Under the pieces are notes generated by a model, which had not been told where the DNA came from, made no database searches, and saw only the letters and a list, made by a program, of their open reading frames with translations. Positions 1 to 9,741 of a DNA stretch of 64,000 nt are shown here, piece by piece. Position 1 is the stretch's first letter. Every line of letters begins with the position of its first letter. The position numbers and the translations under genes are program-made. This DNA comes from an uncultured Candidatus Saccharibacteria bacterium (GTDB lineage: Bacteria > Patescibacteriota > Minisyncoccia > Phycocordibacterales > JABMNX01), in NCBI GenBank assembly GCA_964575755.1, contig CAZNRH010000002.1:6107-70106 (forward strand), in the 5' to 3' direction.

Positions 1-450
1 CCAGAAGAAGTATTGTGATGAAAAGAGGTTGTCTATCGAATTTCCAAAATCATATATGGTTGCAAACGGGATAGTGTGATAAAGGAAAGCAAAAAACAAG
101 GCTGTTGTTGCTCCAGATAAAAGGCCCACTTCTATATATTTAAAAATCTTCCTGTATGAATATTCTATATAAATAAACCTAAGTATAATTTTGTGGATAA
201 TTATAATTCCAACAAGAAATACAGCTAAATGAGATAGGGTTATTTGAACCTCTGAACTTTTTAACAGTGTTGCATCTTCAAGATATGGAAAACTTAAAAA
301 AGCTAAGATTCCAACATATAAAGATATTAAAAGTGATACGATATAACTTTTTCCATAACGAAGGCTATATAAAGACAAAAGAATAAACACTGCAAATATA
401 ATCAATACATCTGTTGTTATGGCACCGGATAATGTGTCTAAAAAATCCAT
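1..450 (-). CDS. Polytopic membrane protein, 5' part only (runs off window start)
   Basis: Minus-strand ORF from ATG at 448-450 (MDFLDTLSGAITTDVLIIFAVF...), hydrophobic helices, no stop before window edge; absent from ORF track because open-ended. Confidence 0.4.
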   Translation of the reverse strand, partial: MDFLDTLSGAITTDVLIIFAVFILLSLYSLRYGKSYIVSLLISLYVGILAFLSFPYLEDATLLKSSEVQITLSHLAVFLVGIIIIHKIILRFIYIEYSYRKIFKYIEVGLLSGATTALFFAFLYHTIPFATIYDFGNSIDNLFSSQYFFW

Positions 451-478
451 ACAATATTACTGTATAATAATTCCTAGT

Positions 479-1552
479 TTAGATTCCTTCTTCGTGTAGT
501 TCGTCGATGATTTTCTTTGATTTCTTACTTAATTTTTTCGGCATATCTATCGCCACTTTAATCAAAAGGTCTCCGCGCCCACCTCTGGCTGGTACTCCTC
601 TGCCCTTTATTCGTATAATTTCACCGAAAGATACTCCTTGAGGTATCTTTACTTCAATTGTGTCGTCATCAAGTGTATGTAGTGAGTATGTGCTACCAAG
701 TAGGGCGTCAGTTAATTTTACCGAAAGGGTTGTGATTAAGTTACTCCCCTCTTTGTGATATTTGGTGTCAGGATGCACATGTATTTTTATATACAAATCC
801 CCTGCTTCTCCTTCTGCTATCGCTTCTCCTCCTCCAGTTAATCGGATCATTTCTCCGTTATTTATACCTGCTGGCACACGTATCACGACCTCCTCCTCTT
901 TTCGTATGACACGTTCTCCCTTACATATTTTACATTTAACTTTAGGTATCTTCCCTGTTCCATAGCATTTTGAACATGACTTCACTGTCGTAAATGTGCC
1001 AAATACAGATGACCTGTTCTCATGTACTTTTCCATTGCCGTTACACTCTGTACATGTTTCAACTGAAGAGTCTTTTTCTGCACCAGTACCTTTACAGGTC
1101 TCGCATACAGATGTTTTAGTAAGAAGCACTCGCCTCTCTACACCAAACAAAGCTTCTTTGAAAGTGAGTTCTATATCGATAGATATGTCCCGCCCACGCT
1201 TAGCTTGATTTTTTCTTCCTCCAAATATGTCTCCAAATATATCCCCTAAATCTACTCCATCAAAACCTGCTTGACCCTGTCCAAATCCAGAGAAATCAAA
1301 CCCTCCGAACCCTTGCTCTTGTGCTCCTTGGGATGCACCACCAGAAAATACACGCCCATAAGAGTCGTATTCTGCACGTTTTTTATCATCGGAAAGCACG
1401 CTGTATGCCTCACTTATTTCTTTGAATTTAGCTTCATCCCCAGTTTGTTTATCGGGGTGATATTTATGAGCAAGTGCACGAAAAGCCTTTTTTATTTCAT
1501 TCTTATTAGCTCCTTTTGTAATACCAAGTGTCTTGTAGTAGTCGTTTTGCAT
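479..1552 (-). CDS. dnaJ: Molecular chaperone DnaJ
   Basis: N-terminal J domain with HPD motif (YHPDKQ), Gly/Phe-rich linker, four CxxCxGxG zinc-finger repeats. Confidence 0.9.
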   Translation of the reverse strand: MQNDYYKTLGITKGANKNEIKKAFRALAHKYHPDKQTGDEAKFKEISEAYSVLSDDKKRAEYDSYGRVFSGGASQGAQEQGFGGFDFSGFGQGQAGFDGVDLGDIFGDIFGGRKNQAKRGRDISIDIELTFKEALFGVERRVLLTKTSVCETCKGTGAEKDSSVETCTECNGNGKVHENRSSVFGTFTTVKSCSKCYGTGKIPKVKCKICKGERVIRKEEEVVIRVPAGINNGEMIRLTGGGEAIAEGEAGDLYIKIHVHPDTKYHKEGSNLITTLSVKLTDALLGSTYSLHTLDDDTIEVKIPQGVSFGEIIRIKGRGVPARGGRGDLLIKVAIDMPKKLSKKSKKIIDELHEEGI

Positions 1553-1602
1553 ACGTATGAGGTTTATTGTACTTACTTATATGCTAAAAACAAGAAGTGA
1601 AC

Positions 1603-3561
1603 CTATTTCTTTTCTTCTGATGATTCGGTGTTCTCATCTGTACTTTCAGGATCAGTACCTTTGTCTTCTTTAGTTTCTTCTTCAGGTGTATCAGCGGAGT
1701 TCTCATCGGTGGTAGCTTGTTTAACGTCTTTGGACGCGATTCCTTCCGAGGAATCGTCGTTAACTTTTGCTACGTCTTCTCCTACCTTACCAAGCGCTGT
1801 TGATAGTTCTTCAGAGGCTTTCTTAATTGCATATGCATCTTCCTTGTCTTTTACTTCACGAAGTGCTTTTATCTTTTCTTCAACGTCTACTTTTACTGTG
1901 GTGCTCACCTTATCGCCATGTTCTTTTAGTGAGTTTTCTGCTGTGTATATAAGCTGTTCTGACATATTCTTTATTTCAATCAATTCTTGTTTTTTCTTGT
2001 CCTCATCTGCGTGACTTTCAGCGTCTTGCTTCATCTTTTCTACTTCTTCATCACTAAGCCCCGAGCCTGCTTCAATGCGAACAGACTGCTCTTTCCCCGA
2101 AGTTTTTTCTTTAGCGATTACATTTAATATTCCATTTGCATCTATATCAAACGTTACTTCTACTTGTGGTATTCCGCGCGGTGATGGCGGAACTCCCTCT
2201 AGTATAAATCTTCCTAGACTTTTGTTGTCAGTGGCCATAGCTCTTTCTCCTTGGACAATGTGAACTTCTACGGAAGTCTGGTTGTCTGCTGCAGTTGAGA
2301 AAGTTTGTGATTTAGATGTCGGTATAGTGGTATTTCTCTCTATCAGTTTTGTTCCTACTCCACCAAGGGTTTCAATACCTAGCGATAGAGGTATAACATC
2401 AAGAAGTAAGATATCCTTTACGTCTCCCTGCATAATGCCGGCTTGGAGTGCTGCTCCGAGGGCAACTACTTCGTCAGGGTTGATTGATTTGTTTGGTTCT
2501 TTTCCAAAAAGCTCTTTAACCCTTGCTTCTATTGCTGGCATTCGAGTCTGACCTCCAACTAAAATAATTTCATCAATATCTTTAATTTCAAATGGTGACG
2601 CTTCTATAGCTCGTTTTGTAATTTCAATAGAGCGGTCAATGTATTCTCTAGCCAGATCTTCTAGAGTTGCGCGTGTTAATTTAAGTAGTAAATGCTTTGG
2701 ACCTGATTCATCTGAGGTTATAAATGGTATGTTGATTTCTGTCTCAGTAGCTGTTGAAAGCTCTAATTTAGCCTTTTCAGCTGCCTCATCGAGTCTTTGT
2801 AGAGCTAGAGGGTCTTTTGTGATATCAATTCCGCTTTCTTTCTTAAACTCTTCCCCTATCCAAGTTATGATCTTTTGATCTACATCTCGTCCTCCCATAT
2901 GTGAATCTCCATCAGTGGCTTTAACCTCAATAACCTCATCCCCTACTTCAAGTACTGATACATCAAATGTACCTCCACCAAAATCAAATACGACAATTTG
3001 TTCGTCTTTCTTTTTATTAAATCCGTAAGCAAGTGCGGCTGCAGTTGGTTCGTTTATTATCCTCTTAACATCAAGTCCTGCTATCTTACCAGCGTCTTTA
3101 GTAGCTTTCCGTTGAGCATCATCAAAATATGCAGGCACTGTGATAATGGCTTCCTCTATCTTTTCTCCAATCTTTGCTTCTGCATCTTGCTTGAGTTTCT
3201 GAATAATCATTGCTGAAATTTCTTCTGGTCGGTAGTCTTTTTCATTGAGGGAGATTAAAACTCCACCATCTTTTCCTTCTTTTATAGTGTAAGGTAATGT
3301 ACCTTTGTCTTTCTTTACAACTTCGTCTGCAAATCGGTGTCCAACAAATCGTTTAATACCATATATAGTATTTTGAGGGTTTGTAACTGCTTGTCTTCGT
3401 GCAAGTACACCAACAAGACGTTCCCCTGTTTTTGATACAGCAGCCACTGAAGGTGTCGTACGCGCTCCTTCGCTATTTTCAATTATTACAGGCTCACCAT
3501 TTGCTATATATGCCATTGCTGAGTTTGTTGTTCCTAGATCTATTCCTAAAATTTTTCCCAT
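1603..3561 (-). CDS. dnaK: Molecular chaperone DnaK (Hsp70)
   Basis: [10 protein letters not shown] start, DLGGGTFD motif, full-length Hsp70 with acidic C-terminal tail. Confidence 0.95.
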   Translation of the reverse strand: MGKILGIDLGTTNSAMAYIANGEPVIIENSEGARTTPSVAAVSKTGERLVGVLARRQAVTNPQNTIYGIKRFVGHRFADEVVKKDKGTLPYTIKEGKDGGVLISLNEKDYRPEEISAMIIQKLKQDAEAKIGEKIEEAIITVPAYFDDAQRKATKDAGKIAGLDVKRIINEPTAAALAYGFNKKKDEQIVVFDFGGGTFDVSVLEVGDEVIEVKATDGDSHMGGRDVDQKIITWIGEEFKKESGIDITKDPLALQRLDEAAEKAKLELSTATETEINIPFITSDESGPKHLLLKLTRATLEDLAREYIDRSIEITKRAIEASPFEIKDIDEIILVGGQTRMPAIEARVKELFGKEPNKSINPDEVVALGAALQAGIMQGDVKDILLLDVIPLSLGIETLGGVGTKLIERNTTIPTSKSQTFSTAADNQTSVEVHIVQGERAMATDNKSLGRFILEGVPPSPRGIPQVEVTFDIDANGILNVIAKEKTSGKEQSVRIEAGSGLSDEEVEKMKQDAESHADEDKKKQELIEIKNMSEQLIYTAENSLKEHGDKVSTTVKVDVEEKIKALREVKDKEDAYAIKKASEELSTALGKVGEDVAKVNDDSSEGIASKDVKQATTDENSADTPEEETKEDKGTDPESTDENTESSEEKK

Positions 3562-3569
3562 GGTATTTT

Positions 3570-4148
3570 TTAAATTTTAAATTTTCCTATAATAACTTTT
3601 GCTGGCCTAAGTACTATATCACCTCGTTCGTATCCTTTCTGTGCAACCGAAAGTATTGAATCTTCATCTTTTTCATCTTTAACATCCTCTGTCTGCACGG
3701 TTTCATGCTTTTGTGGATCAAATGCATCTGATGTATTTATAACAGAAACACCTAATTGTTCAAAGATATTTATAGCTTGGATATAAATCTGTTCTATTCC
3801 AGAGCGCCAATTTGCATCTACCTTTTCCCAAGCCTCTTTGTTGGAGAAAGCCATGTCGAAACTATCCAAGATTGGAAGTAATGATGTAAAGATATTTATT
3901 TCTGCCCTAGAAACAGCTCTTTCTCGCTCTAGTAGTGAATCTTTGTCTTTATTTACCGCATCAGCGCGTGCTCTTTGCCATCCGTTTAGGTGATCTTGTC
4001 GTTCTTTTTCACAGTTCTTAAGTTTCTTTTGGAGTTTTTTTAGTTTTCCTGAGACGCTCACTGAGTCATCTTCAACGGTAATATCACTAAAAACCTCTTC
4101 TTGTATATCTTCACTTGAGCTATTTTTAGTAGATCCTTTTTTTAACAT
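3570..4148 (-). CDS. grpE: Nucleotide exchange factor GrpE
   Basis: GrpE core with C-terminal [10 protein letters not shown]; start moved to internal Met (MLKKGS...) to remove overlap with rpsI; ORF-track start 4271 is possible. Confidence 0.8.
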   Translation of the reverse strand: MLKKGSTKNSSSEDIQEEVFSDITVEDDSVSVSGKLKKLQKKLKNCEKERQDHLNGWQRARADAVNKDKDSLLERERAVSRAEINIFTSLLPILDSFDMAFSNKEAWEKVDANWRSGIEQIYIQAINIFEQLGVSVINTSDAFDPQKHETVQTEDVKDEKDEDSILSVAQKGYERGDIVLRPAKVIIGKFKI

Positions 4149-4224
4149 GCTCCAAATGAGAATTAAAGAGTGAGTTATAATAGCACTATAACTTAATCCC
4201 TTATTCTTAATTCTTAATTCATTT

Positions 4225-4635
4225 TTACCGCTTCGACCACTGTGGTGCTTTCCTTGCCTTTTTAAGACCAAACTTTTTACGCTCCTTCATTCTAGGATCT
4301 CGTTTTAAAAATCCAGCCCCTTTTAAACTTTTACGTAAGTCAATATTAAACTCAATAAGAGCACGAGATATTCCATGCCTTAAAGCTTCTGCCTGTGCAT
4401 GGATTCCACCTCCTTTTATTCTAGCTGTTACTTTAAAATTATCTTCATCTGCAGAGTGTTTTAAAGCTTCTTTAGCAACAGCCTGTAATTCATTTGTTGG
4501 GAAATGCTCATCAAGACCTTTTTTGTTGATAAAGATTTCGTCTTTCTTTGTCTTTGAAATACGAACTCTGGCAGTAGCTGTCTTTCGACGTCCAATAGTT
4601 TCTATGTATTTTTCTTTGTGTGTGAAATCAACCAT
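4225..4635 (-). CDS. rpsI: 30S ribosomal protein S9
   Basis: GRRKTATARV...GGGIHAQAEALRHGISRAL...KAPQWSKR conserved S9 signature. Confidence 0.9.
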   Translation of the reverse strand: MVDFTHKEKYIETIGRRKTATARVRISKTKKDEIFINKKGLDEHFPTNELQAVAKEALKHSADEDNFKVTARIKGGGIHAQAEALRHGISRALIEFNIDLRKSLKGAGFLKRDPRMKERKKFGLKKARKAPQWSKR

Positions 4636-4638
4636 AAT

Positions 4639-4980
4639 TTATTCAATAATTAAACGCTTCATCCTTTTAGCTCGTAATTTATTTCCAGGAAGCATACCAT
4701 AAACAGCTTTACGAAGCACTTCGTCGATACCTTTCTTGTCTCGTACATTCTCAAGAGTTTTCTTACGTAGTCCACCAGGGTACCCTGTGTAATGCGTATA
4801 GATTTTTGTAGATGATTTTTTTGAAGATATTGCAAGTTCTTCTCCATTTGCAATCTTAACAATAATATCAGCTACAACATGTTTTTCAAACTCTGGGCTG
4901 TTTTTACCCATAAGAATATGCGCTGCCTCTGATGCAACTCGTCCTAAACTTTTTTCTTTTGCGTCTATTGTGTATTCCAT
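4639..4980 (-). CDS. rplM: 50S ribosomal protein L13
   Basis: L13 family sequence (GRVASEAAHILMGK..., YTGYPGG); immediately upstream of rpsI as in the conserved L13-S9 operon. Confidence 0.9.
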   Translation of the reverse strand: MEYTIDAKEKSLGRVASEAAHILMGKNSPEFEKHVVADIIVKIANGEELAISSKKSSTKIYTHYTGYPGGLRKKTLENVRDKKGIDEVLRKAVYGMLPGNKLRAKRMKRLIIE

Positions 4981-4996
4981 ATTGCAATATTATTTA

Positions 4997-5350
4997 CTAT
5001 ACAAATTCAATTACAGCCCTTTTGCGTGCATCGTGAGATGGTACATGAATTTTTGTGATTCGTGTATATCCACCAGCCCTGTCGGTATATTTTGGGGCTA
5101 TTTCTTCTTTAAGCATTTTAGCTATACGTTCTTCTCCTCCTAGAGTGGATATAACACCTCTATATGACGCAAGAGTGCCTTTATTGCTCTTTGTTATAAG
5201 CTTCTCTATAAAGCTTCTTATTTCCTTAGCTTTAGCTTCTGTTGTTTCTATTTTCCCATGAATAATCAAAGCACGCACAAGAGAGCGTATCAGGGCTACT
5301 CTGACTTTTCGTACTCTTCCGAATTTTCTTCCTCGTGCAAGATGTTTCAT
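4997..5350 (-). CDS. rplQ: 50S ribosomal protein L17
   Basis: MKHLARGRKFGR...GGYTRI L17 signature; follows rpoA. Confidence 0.9.
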   Translation of the reverse strand: MKHLARGRKFGRVRKVRVALIRSLVRALIIHGKIETTEAKAKEIRSFIEKLITKSNKGTLASYRGVISTLGGEERIAKMLKEEIAPKYTDRAGGYTRITKIHVPSHDARKRAVIEFV

Positions 5351-5369
5351 GTTTTTACTATATAAGTGA

Positions 5370-6332
5370 CTATTTTAGAGTTACTCCAAAGTTACTCAAT
5401 GCTCTTTTAATTTCTTGTAAGCCTTTCTGTCCGATTCCTTCGACAGCAAGGATGTCGTCTTCTCTTTTTCGCACAAGCCCACCAACTGTTCTAATATTTG
5501 CCTCTTCTAATGAATTGGTTGTTCGAACTGAGAGTTCAAGATCATCGATGCGAGTCTTTAAGAACTCGGAATCGACTTCTTTCTTATCTTCTTCTTGTTC
5601 TCCTTCTGGTGCAACTTCTTCTGGAAGCTGAATCTCTTCTTCCTTGAATCCTATAACAGCCTTAAGTTGATTTATCATTATTTCTATCGATTTCTCAAGA
5701 GCCTCCTTTGGAGTGATGGTACCATCGGTTTCGATAAAGAGACGTAGTCTGTTGAAATCTGTTCGGTCTCCAACTCTCATATTTTCTACTTCGTAGTTTA
5801 CGCGACGAATTGGTGTGAAAATTGCATCAAGTGTAATAACCCCTATCTCTACACGATCTTTCTGTAACACCTCTTTTGATACATAGCCCAATCCCTGCTC
5901 GACAGTCATGTCAATTTCAAGCTCTGTGTTCTTGTTGGTTATTTCTGCTATTGGTTGATCTGGGTTAAGAACTTGTACTTGTCCTGGGATTTCTATATCA
6001 GCAGCAGTTATTACCTTTTGTCCTTTTATTTTTATCTTCATTTGTTGAGGCTCATCTGAAAGCATCTGAATGCGCACTTTCTTTAGGTTAAGAAGTATCG
6101 CGATAACGTCTTCTTTAACACCGTCAATTGTTGAAAATTCATGTTGTACGTTCTTTATCTTTACTGATGTGATAGCTGCTCCCGGTAAAGAAGAAAGAAT
6201 AATTCGTCGAAGTGAGTTACCTAACGTGTGACCATACCCTGGATATAGTCCATCAACCTCATAAACACCACTAAATTCTTTTTCAGATACTATTCTAGGC
6301 TTGGATGGAAGTGTTACATTATAATCTAACAT
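5370..6332 (-). CDS. rpoA: DNA-directed RNA polymerase subunit alpha
   Basis: N-terminal dimerisation domain (GHTLGNSLRRILLSS) and C-terminal CTD with HhH (VRTTNSLEEANI). Confidence 0.9.
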   Translation of the reverse strand: MLDYNVTLPSKPRIVSEKEFSGVYEVDGLYPGYGHTLGNSLRRIILSSLPGAAITSVKIKNVQHEFSTIDGVKEDVIAILLNLKKVRIQMLSDEPQQMKIKIKGQKVITAADIEIPGQVQVLNPDQPIAEITNKNTELEIDMTVEQGLGYVSKEVLQKDRVEIGVITLDAIFTPIRRVNYEVENMRVGDRTDFNRLRLFIETDGTITPKEALEKSIEIMINQLKAVIGFKEEEIQLPEEVAPEGEQEEDKKEVDSEFLKTRIDDLELSVRTTNSLEEANIRTVGGLVRKREDDILAVEGIGQKGLQEIKRALSNFGVTLK

Positions 6333-6356
6333 AATATATTGTTATAAATTAATAAA

Positions 6357-6965
6357 TTACCTACTGTAAAATTCAAGTACTAAATCTAAGTTAAGTGATG
6401 CATCTGCTGCGGTAAGTTCGGGGGACTCTGTCATTTTTCCTTCAAGTTTTTTTTCATCAAACGTAAGCCATTTCGGTACAGAATTATTTTTCATGCGTTT
6501 TTCTAACTCGATAAATAATCCTTTGTCTTTACTGTTTTGTCTTACTGAAATAATGTCTTTTGGTCCTATTTTATATGAAGGTATGGTCACTCGCCTGCCG
6601 TTTATCATAATATGTCCGTGAGATACCATTTGGCGTGCAAATCTACGAGTTTGAGCTAATCCTAGGCGATAAACAATGTTATCAAGGCGGGTTTCCAGTC
6701 CAATAAATATTTTTTCTTTTGATTCTGATGGAGACTGAGTAGCTTCTTTAACATACTTAGAAAGCTGTTTTTCTGTGATGCCGTACATGTAGCGCAGTTT
6801 CTGTTTTTCAATCAATTGTTTTCCAAAGTCAGAGAGTTGTCTCGGTCGAGAAGTTCGTCTCTTCTTTGATCTTTCTTGAGAAAGTACAAATTTTTGGGTT
6901 TGGCATTTTTCAAATACACTTGCTCCAAGACGTTTTCCTATTTTGTATCGTGGTCCTATTTTCAT
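6357..6965 (-). CDS. rpsD: 30S ribosomal protein S4
   Basis: Conserved S4 N-terminus and S4 RNA-binding domain; alpha-operon position. Confidence 0.9.
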   Translation of the reverse strand: MKIGPRYKIGKRLGASVFEKCQTQKFVLSQERSKKRRTSRPRQLSDFGKQLIEKQKLRYMYGITEKQLSKYVKEATQSPSESKEKIFIGLETRLDNIVYRLGLAQTRRFARQMVSHGHIMINGRRVTIPSYKIGPKDIISVRQNSKDKGLFIELEKRMKNNSVPKWLTFDEKKLEGKMTESPELTAADASLNLDLVLEFYSR

Positions 6966-6979
6966 ATATAATTTACTAT

Positions 6980-7414
6980 TTAAACTCGCCTAGGTTTTTT
7001 AGCTCGTGGGCCATTAAATGGTACAGGAGTCCTGTCTTTAATACTTGCTACACCAATACCTTTTGATGCGAAAGCTCGAAGTGAAGATTCTCGACCAGAA
7101 CCAACCCCACGCATAATAACGTCAACTTCTTTTATGCCCATTATTTGTGCTTTTTCTCCAATAATTTCCCCTATCTTAGCTGCTGCAAATGGAGTACCTT
7201 TTTTAGCCCCCTTGAATCCAAGAGCTCCACTAGAAGACCACATAACTGCATTACCATCTTTATCTGAAAGAAGAAGTTTTGTGTTGTTGTATGTTGCTTG
7301 TATATGTAAAATACCAGTTTCTAATTTCTTTTTTGGTACGCGAGCAAGAGATCGGGACTTTAATCCTGAGCTCATTTCTCCTCCTGCTTTTTTAATAATT
7401 CGTTTCTTTCCCAT
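6980..7414 (-). CDS. rpsK: 30S ribosomal protein S11
   Basis: S11 signature (GILHIQATYNNT, RGVGSGRESSLRA). Confidence 0.9.
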   Translation of the reverse strand: MGKKRIIKKAGGEMSSGLKSRSLARVPKKKLETGILHIQATYNNTKLLLSDKDGNAVMWSSSGALGFKGAKKGTPFAAAKIGEIIGEKAQIMGIKEVDVIMRGVGSGRESSLRAFASKGIGVASIKDRTPVPFNGPRAKKPRRV

Positions 7415-7417
7415 ATA

Positions 7418-7798
7418 TTATTTCTTATCTACCGAACGTCTTCCTGAACTCATGGTTTTTCGCTTGTTACCACGCACTGTCCTCGAGTTAGTTTTTGTTC
7501 TTTGTCCCCGGACAGGAAGATTCCTACTGTGTCTAACCCCTCTGTATGCGAGAATATCCTTAAGTCTTTTAATATTTCCTGAAACAATTCTACGGAGCTC
7601 TCCTTCTATAGTAAATGATTCAATTTTTTTTCTTATTGAATTTTCTTCCTCTGTATTTAAATCTGCTGGTTTTTTACCGGCATCAATCTTAAGCTCACTC
7701 AATATGTCTAGAGCACGAGGGCGACCAACTCCATACACGGCAGTTAGACCTATTTCTAGTCGCTTCTTTTCTGGAATTGTTATACCTGATATTCGCAT
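7418..7798 (-). CDS. rpsM: 30S ribosomal protein S13
   Basis: MRISGITIPEKKRLEIGLTAVYGVG S13 signature. Confidence 0.9.
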   Translation of the reverse strand: MRISGITIPEKKRLEIGLTAVYGVGRPRALDILSELKIDAGKKPADLNTEEENSIRKKIESFTIEGELRRIVSGNIKRLKDILAYRGVRHSRNLPVRGQRTKTNSRTVRGNKRKTMSSGRRSVDKK

Positions 7799-7807
7799 AT
7801 ATTAAAT

Positions 7808-7921
7808 TTATCCCTGTCTTTGTTTATGACGAGGGTTTGAACAAATAACGTATAAACGCCCCCTTCTACGAACGGTTTGGCATTTACTACATAATTTCTT
7901 TACTGATGATTTTACTTTCAT
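7808..7921 (-). CDS. rpmJ: 50S ribosomal protein L36
   Basis: Hand-translated 37-aa minus-strand [40 protein letters not shown] (C-x2-C...C-x4-H zinc ribbon of L36); below ORF-track size cut-off; canonical position between infA and rpsM. Confidence 0.8.
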   Translation of the reverse strand: MKVKSSVKKLCSKCQTVRRRGRLYVICSNPRHKQRQG

Positions 7922-8120
7922 CCCGTTTAGAGATAGGACACTGATATAAACAATCTTTGTCCTAAAATTAAATGTGTTAATAATATTTTATATTGTTACA
8001 TATATCGTCCCAGTGTCCGGCAGTCGTCTCTGGACGACTTATCTCTAACGGGATTCATTGTGACAACAAAAAATTGCGCTTTCCACATGTTAGGTATAGG
8101 CGGAACTAAATCGGATCCAA

Positions 8121-8342
8121 CTACAAGCGCTTTATTATTCTTCCTTTTCCTCCATAAGGTTCAAGCTCAACAGCTACCTTATCGCCAACTAGCACCTTGA
8201 TACGATATCTTCGCATCTTTCCAGATAGATATGTAAGTAGTTGTTCACCACTTTCTTCTAGAGTTACTCGAAATAGTGTATTAGGCAAAGCCTCATCCAC
8301 TACTCCTAAAACTGGCTCTGGTTTGTTCGCTTTTGTTGACAT
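8121..8342 (-). CDS. infA: Translation initiation factor IF-1
   Basis: 73-aa S1-like OB fold; ...FRVTLE...[23 protein letters not shown]. Confidence 0.9.
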   Translation of the reverse strand: MSTKANKPEPVLGVVDEALPNTLFRVTLEESGEQLLTYLSGKMRRYRIKVLVGDKVAVELEPYGGKGRIIKRL

Positions 8343-8409
8343 TGATTGGAGTTAGGACATAGTACCAGAAACAACCCTACAACGTCAAGGTTTTTCTGAG
8401 GATTAGTCA

Positions 8410-9714
8410 CTATTCTTCTATTACCGTAGTAATCTTTATATCCTTAATATCATCAGGGAGTGTCTGCCTCCAGAAAGGACGTAGTATTATTTGAGCATTA
8501 TCGATACTTGGGTATCCTGTGAGTACTGTTTGCAAGGCCTCTTTTGACTTACCAGCTAGATCATTTTTTAGTTGTTCTGACTCAAAACTCCATACGACAT
8601 GGGCATTTCCAGCTAATTTAAATGAAAATTCATCATCAATCCATGGTTGCACGTCATTTTTATTAAGAATAGTAAATGAAATAGAGCTTGAATCTAATAT
8701 CTCTACAACCTCTCCATCAAAACCAGCTATTGTGTTTAGTGCTATAAATTGTGCAAATTTCTCTTGTTTAAAAAGAGTACCATAAAGAATTGCTTTTTCT
8801 TTGATTACAACATCACCACCTTCTTCGCCATTTGGTAGTGATGAAAAAGTAATAAAGATGCCGTCTTTGTATATTTCAAACCCTTCTGGTTTTTGAGAAA
8901 AAACATCTTTAAGTAGTTGTTCTTTAAGATTGGTTTGTATGCTCTCTCTTGCATTAAGCTCGTCTTCACTGTTTACAATTTTCTTTTCACCTATAAATCC
9001 TCCTACCATGCTTGTTTTAGATCGAGCATAGAAGTCGTCAAATCGCGGGTCTCCAGAGAAACCCGGAATAGTGAAGTCCGTAAGCCCTATATTGTAGCTA
9101 GCACCCTCTTCGTCAGCATATACAGTAGCTTCAATACTTCCTGGTACAATCTTCCCGCCTACTGTCTTTCGTCCTGGTACCACAATAGACTTGTTTATAC
9201 GGTATATAAGCCCGTCTGGTGTTTCAAATCTTGTATTCTTAATTAATCGTTGATTAGATTTGTTGTAATTATTATAGATTATGATATCTCCAGAAGCTTT
9301 CTCTTTTACAAATATTTCACCATTTGCATTAACACTTTGAGAACCTTCTTTTTCAATAGTCATAATCTCGAACCCAAGCTCGTCGCCTTTGGGTGTTTTG
9401 TATGCGCTAAACTCTGCATCCACAAGCACAGTCCGCTGTTTAGGAGTTATAACAAGCTTTGCCCCAGAAAAAATAAAAGAAAGCCCAAATACCAGCACAA
9501 GCACTGAGATAAGAATAATTATCCACAACCCAAAACGGTACGAGGTTTTTCTATAACGAGGTGGTTCTGGTGTTGAGTCGGTGTCTAATTCTTCTCTTCG
9601 TCTAGACAACCTCTCTGCTACTCCATGTCGTTTAGTTTTCTCCACGCTAACTTTACGGATTGATCTACGGGATATTTTCTCGTGAGAGATTATGTCATCT
9701 ATATTTCTTTTCAT
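8410..9714 (-). CDS. Bitopic membrane protein (about 70-aa cytoplasmic N-terminus, one TM, large extracytoplasmic domain); possible PilN/PilO-like partner of the upstream actin-like ATPase
   Basis: Single hydrophobic helix FGLWIIILISVLVLVFGLSFIF; no recognisable catalytic motif; co-oriented and adjacent to the PilM/FtsA-like gene. Confidence 0.5.
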   Translation of the reverse strand: MKRNIDDIISHEKISRRSIRKVSVEKTKRHGVAERLSRRREELDTDSTPEPPRYRKTSYRFGLWIIILISVLVLVFGLSFIFSGAKLVITPKQRTVLVDAEFSAYKTPKGDELGFEIMTIEKEGSQSVNANGEIFVKEKASGDIIIYNNYNKSNQRLIKNTRFETPDGLIYRINKSIVVPGRKTVGGKIVPGSIEATVYADEEGASYNIGLTDFTIPGFSGDPRFDDFYARSKTSMVGGFIGEKKIVNSEDELNARESIQTNLKEQLLKDVFSQKPEGFEIYKDGIFITFSSLPNGEEGGDVVIKEKAILYGTLFKQEKFAQFIALNTIAGFDGEVVEILDSSSISFTILNKNDVQPWIDDEFSFKLAGNAHVVWSFESEQLKNDLAGKSKEALQTVLTGYPSIDNAQIILRPFWRQTLPDDIKDIKITTVIEE

Positions 9715-9741
9715 ATTTATTCAATATTATACCAATAAGCT

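Noticed and set aside
762-1600. Plus-strand ORFs 762-965, 996-1208 and 1271-1600 inside dnaJ
   Set aside because: Antisense to a confidently identified dnaJ; Ser/Pro-rich low-complexity translations typical of wrong-frame reads.
1628-3659. Plus-strand ORFs antisense to dnaK (1628-2014, 2075-2263, 2282-2551, 2639-2878, 2998-3216, 3399-3659)
   Set aside because: All lie within the dnaK coding region on the opposite strand; Ser-rich composition artefact.
7134-7805. 223-aa plus-strand ORF overlapping rpsK and rpsM
   Set aside because: Antisense to two conserved ribosomal protein genes; Pro/Leu/Ser-rich nonsense.
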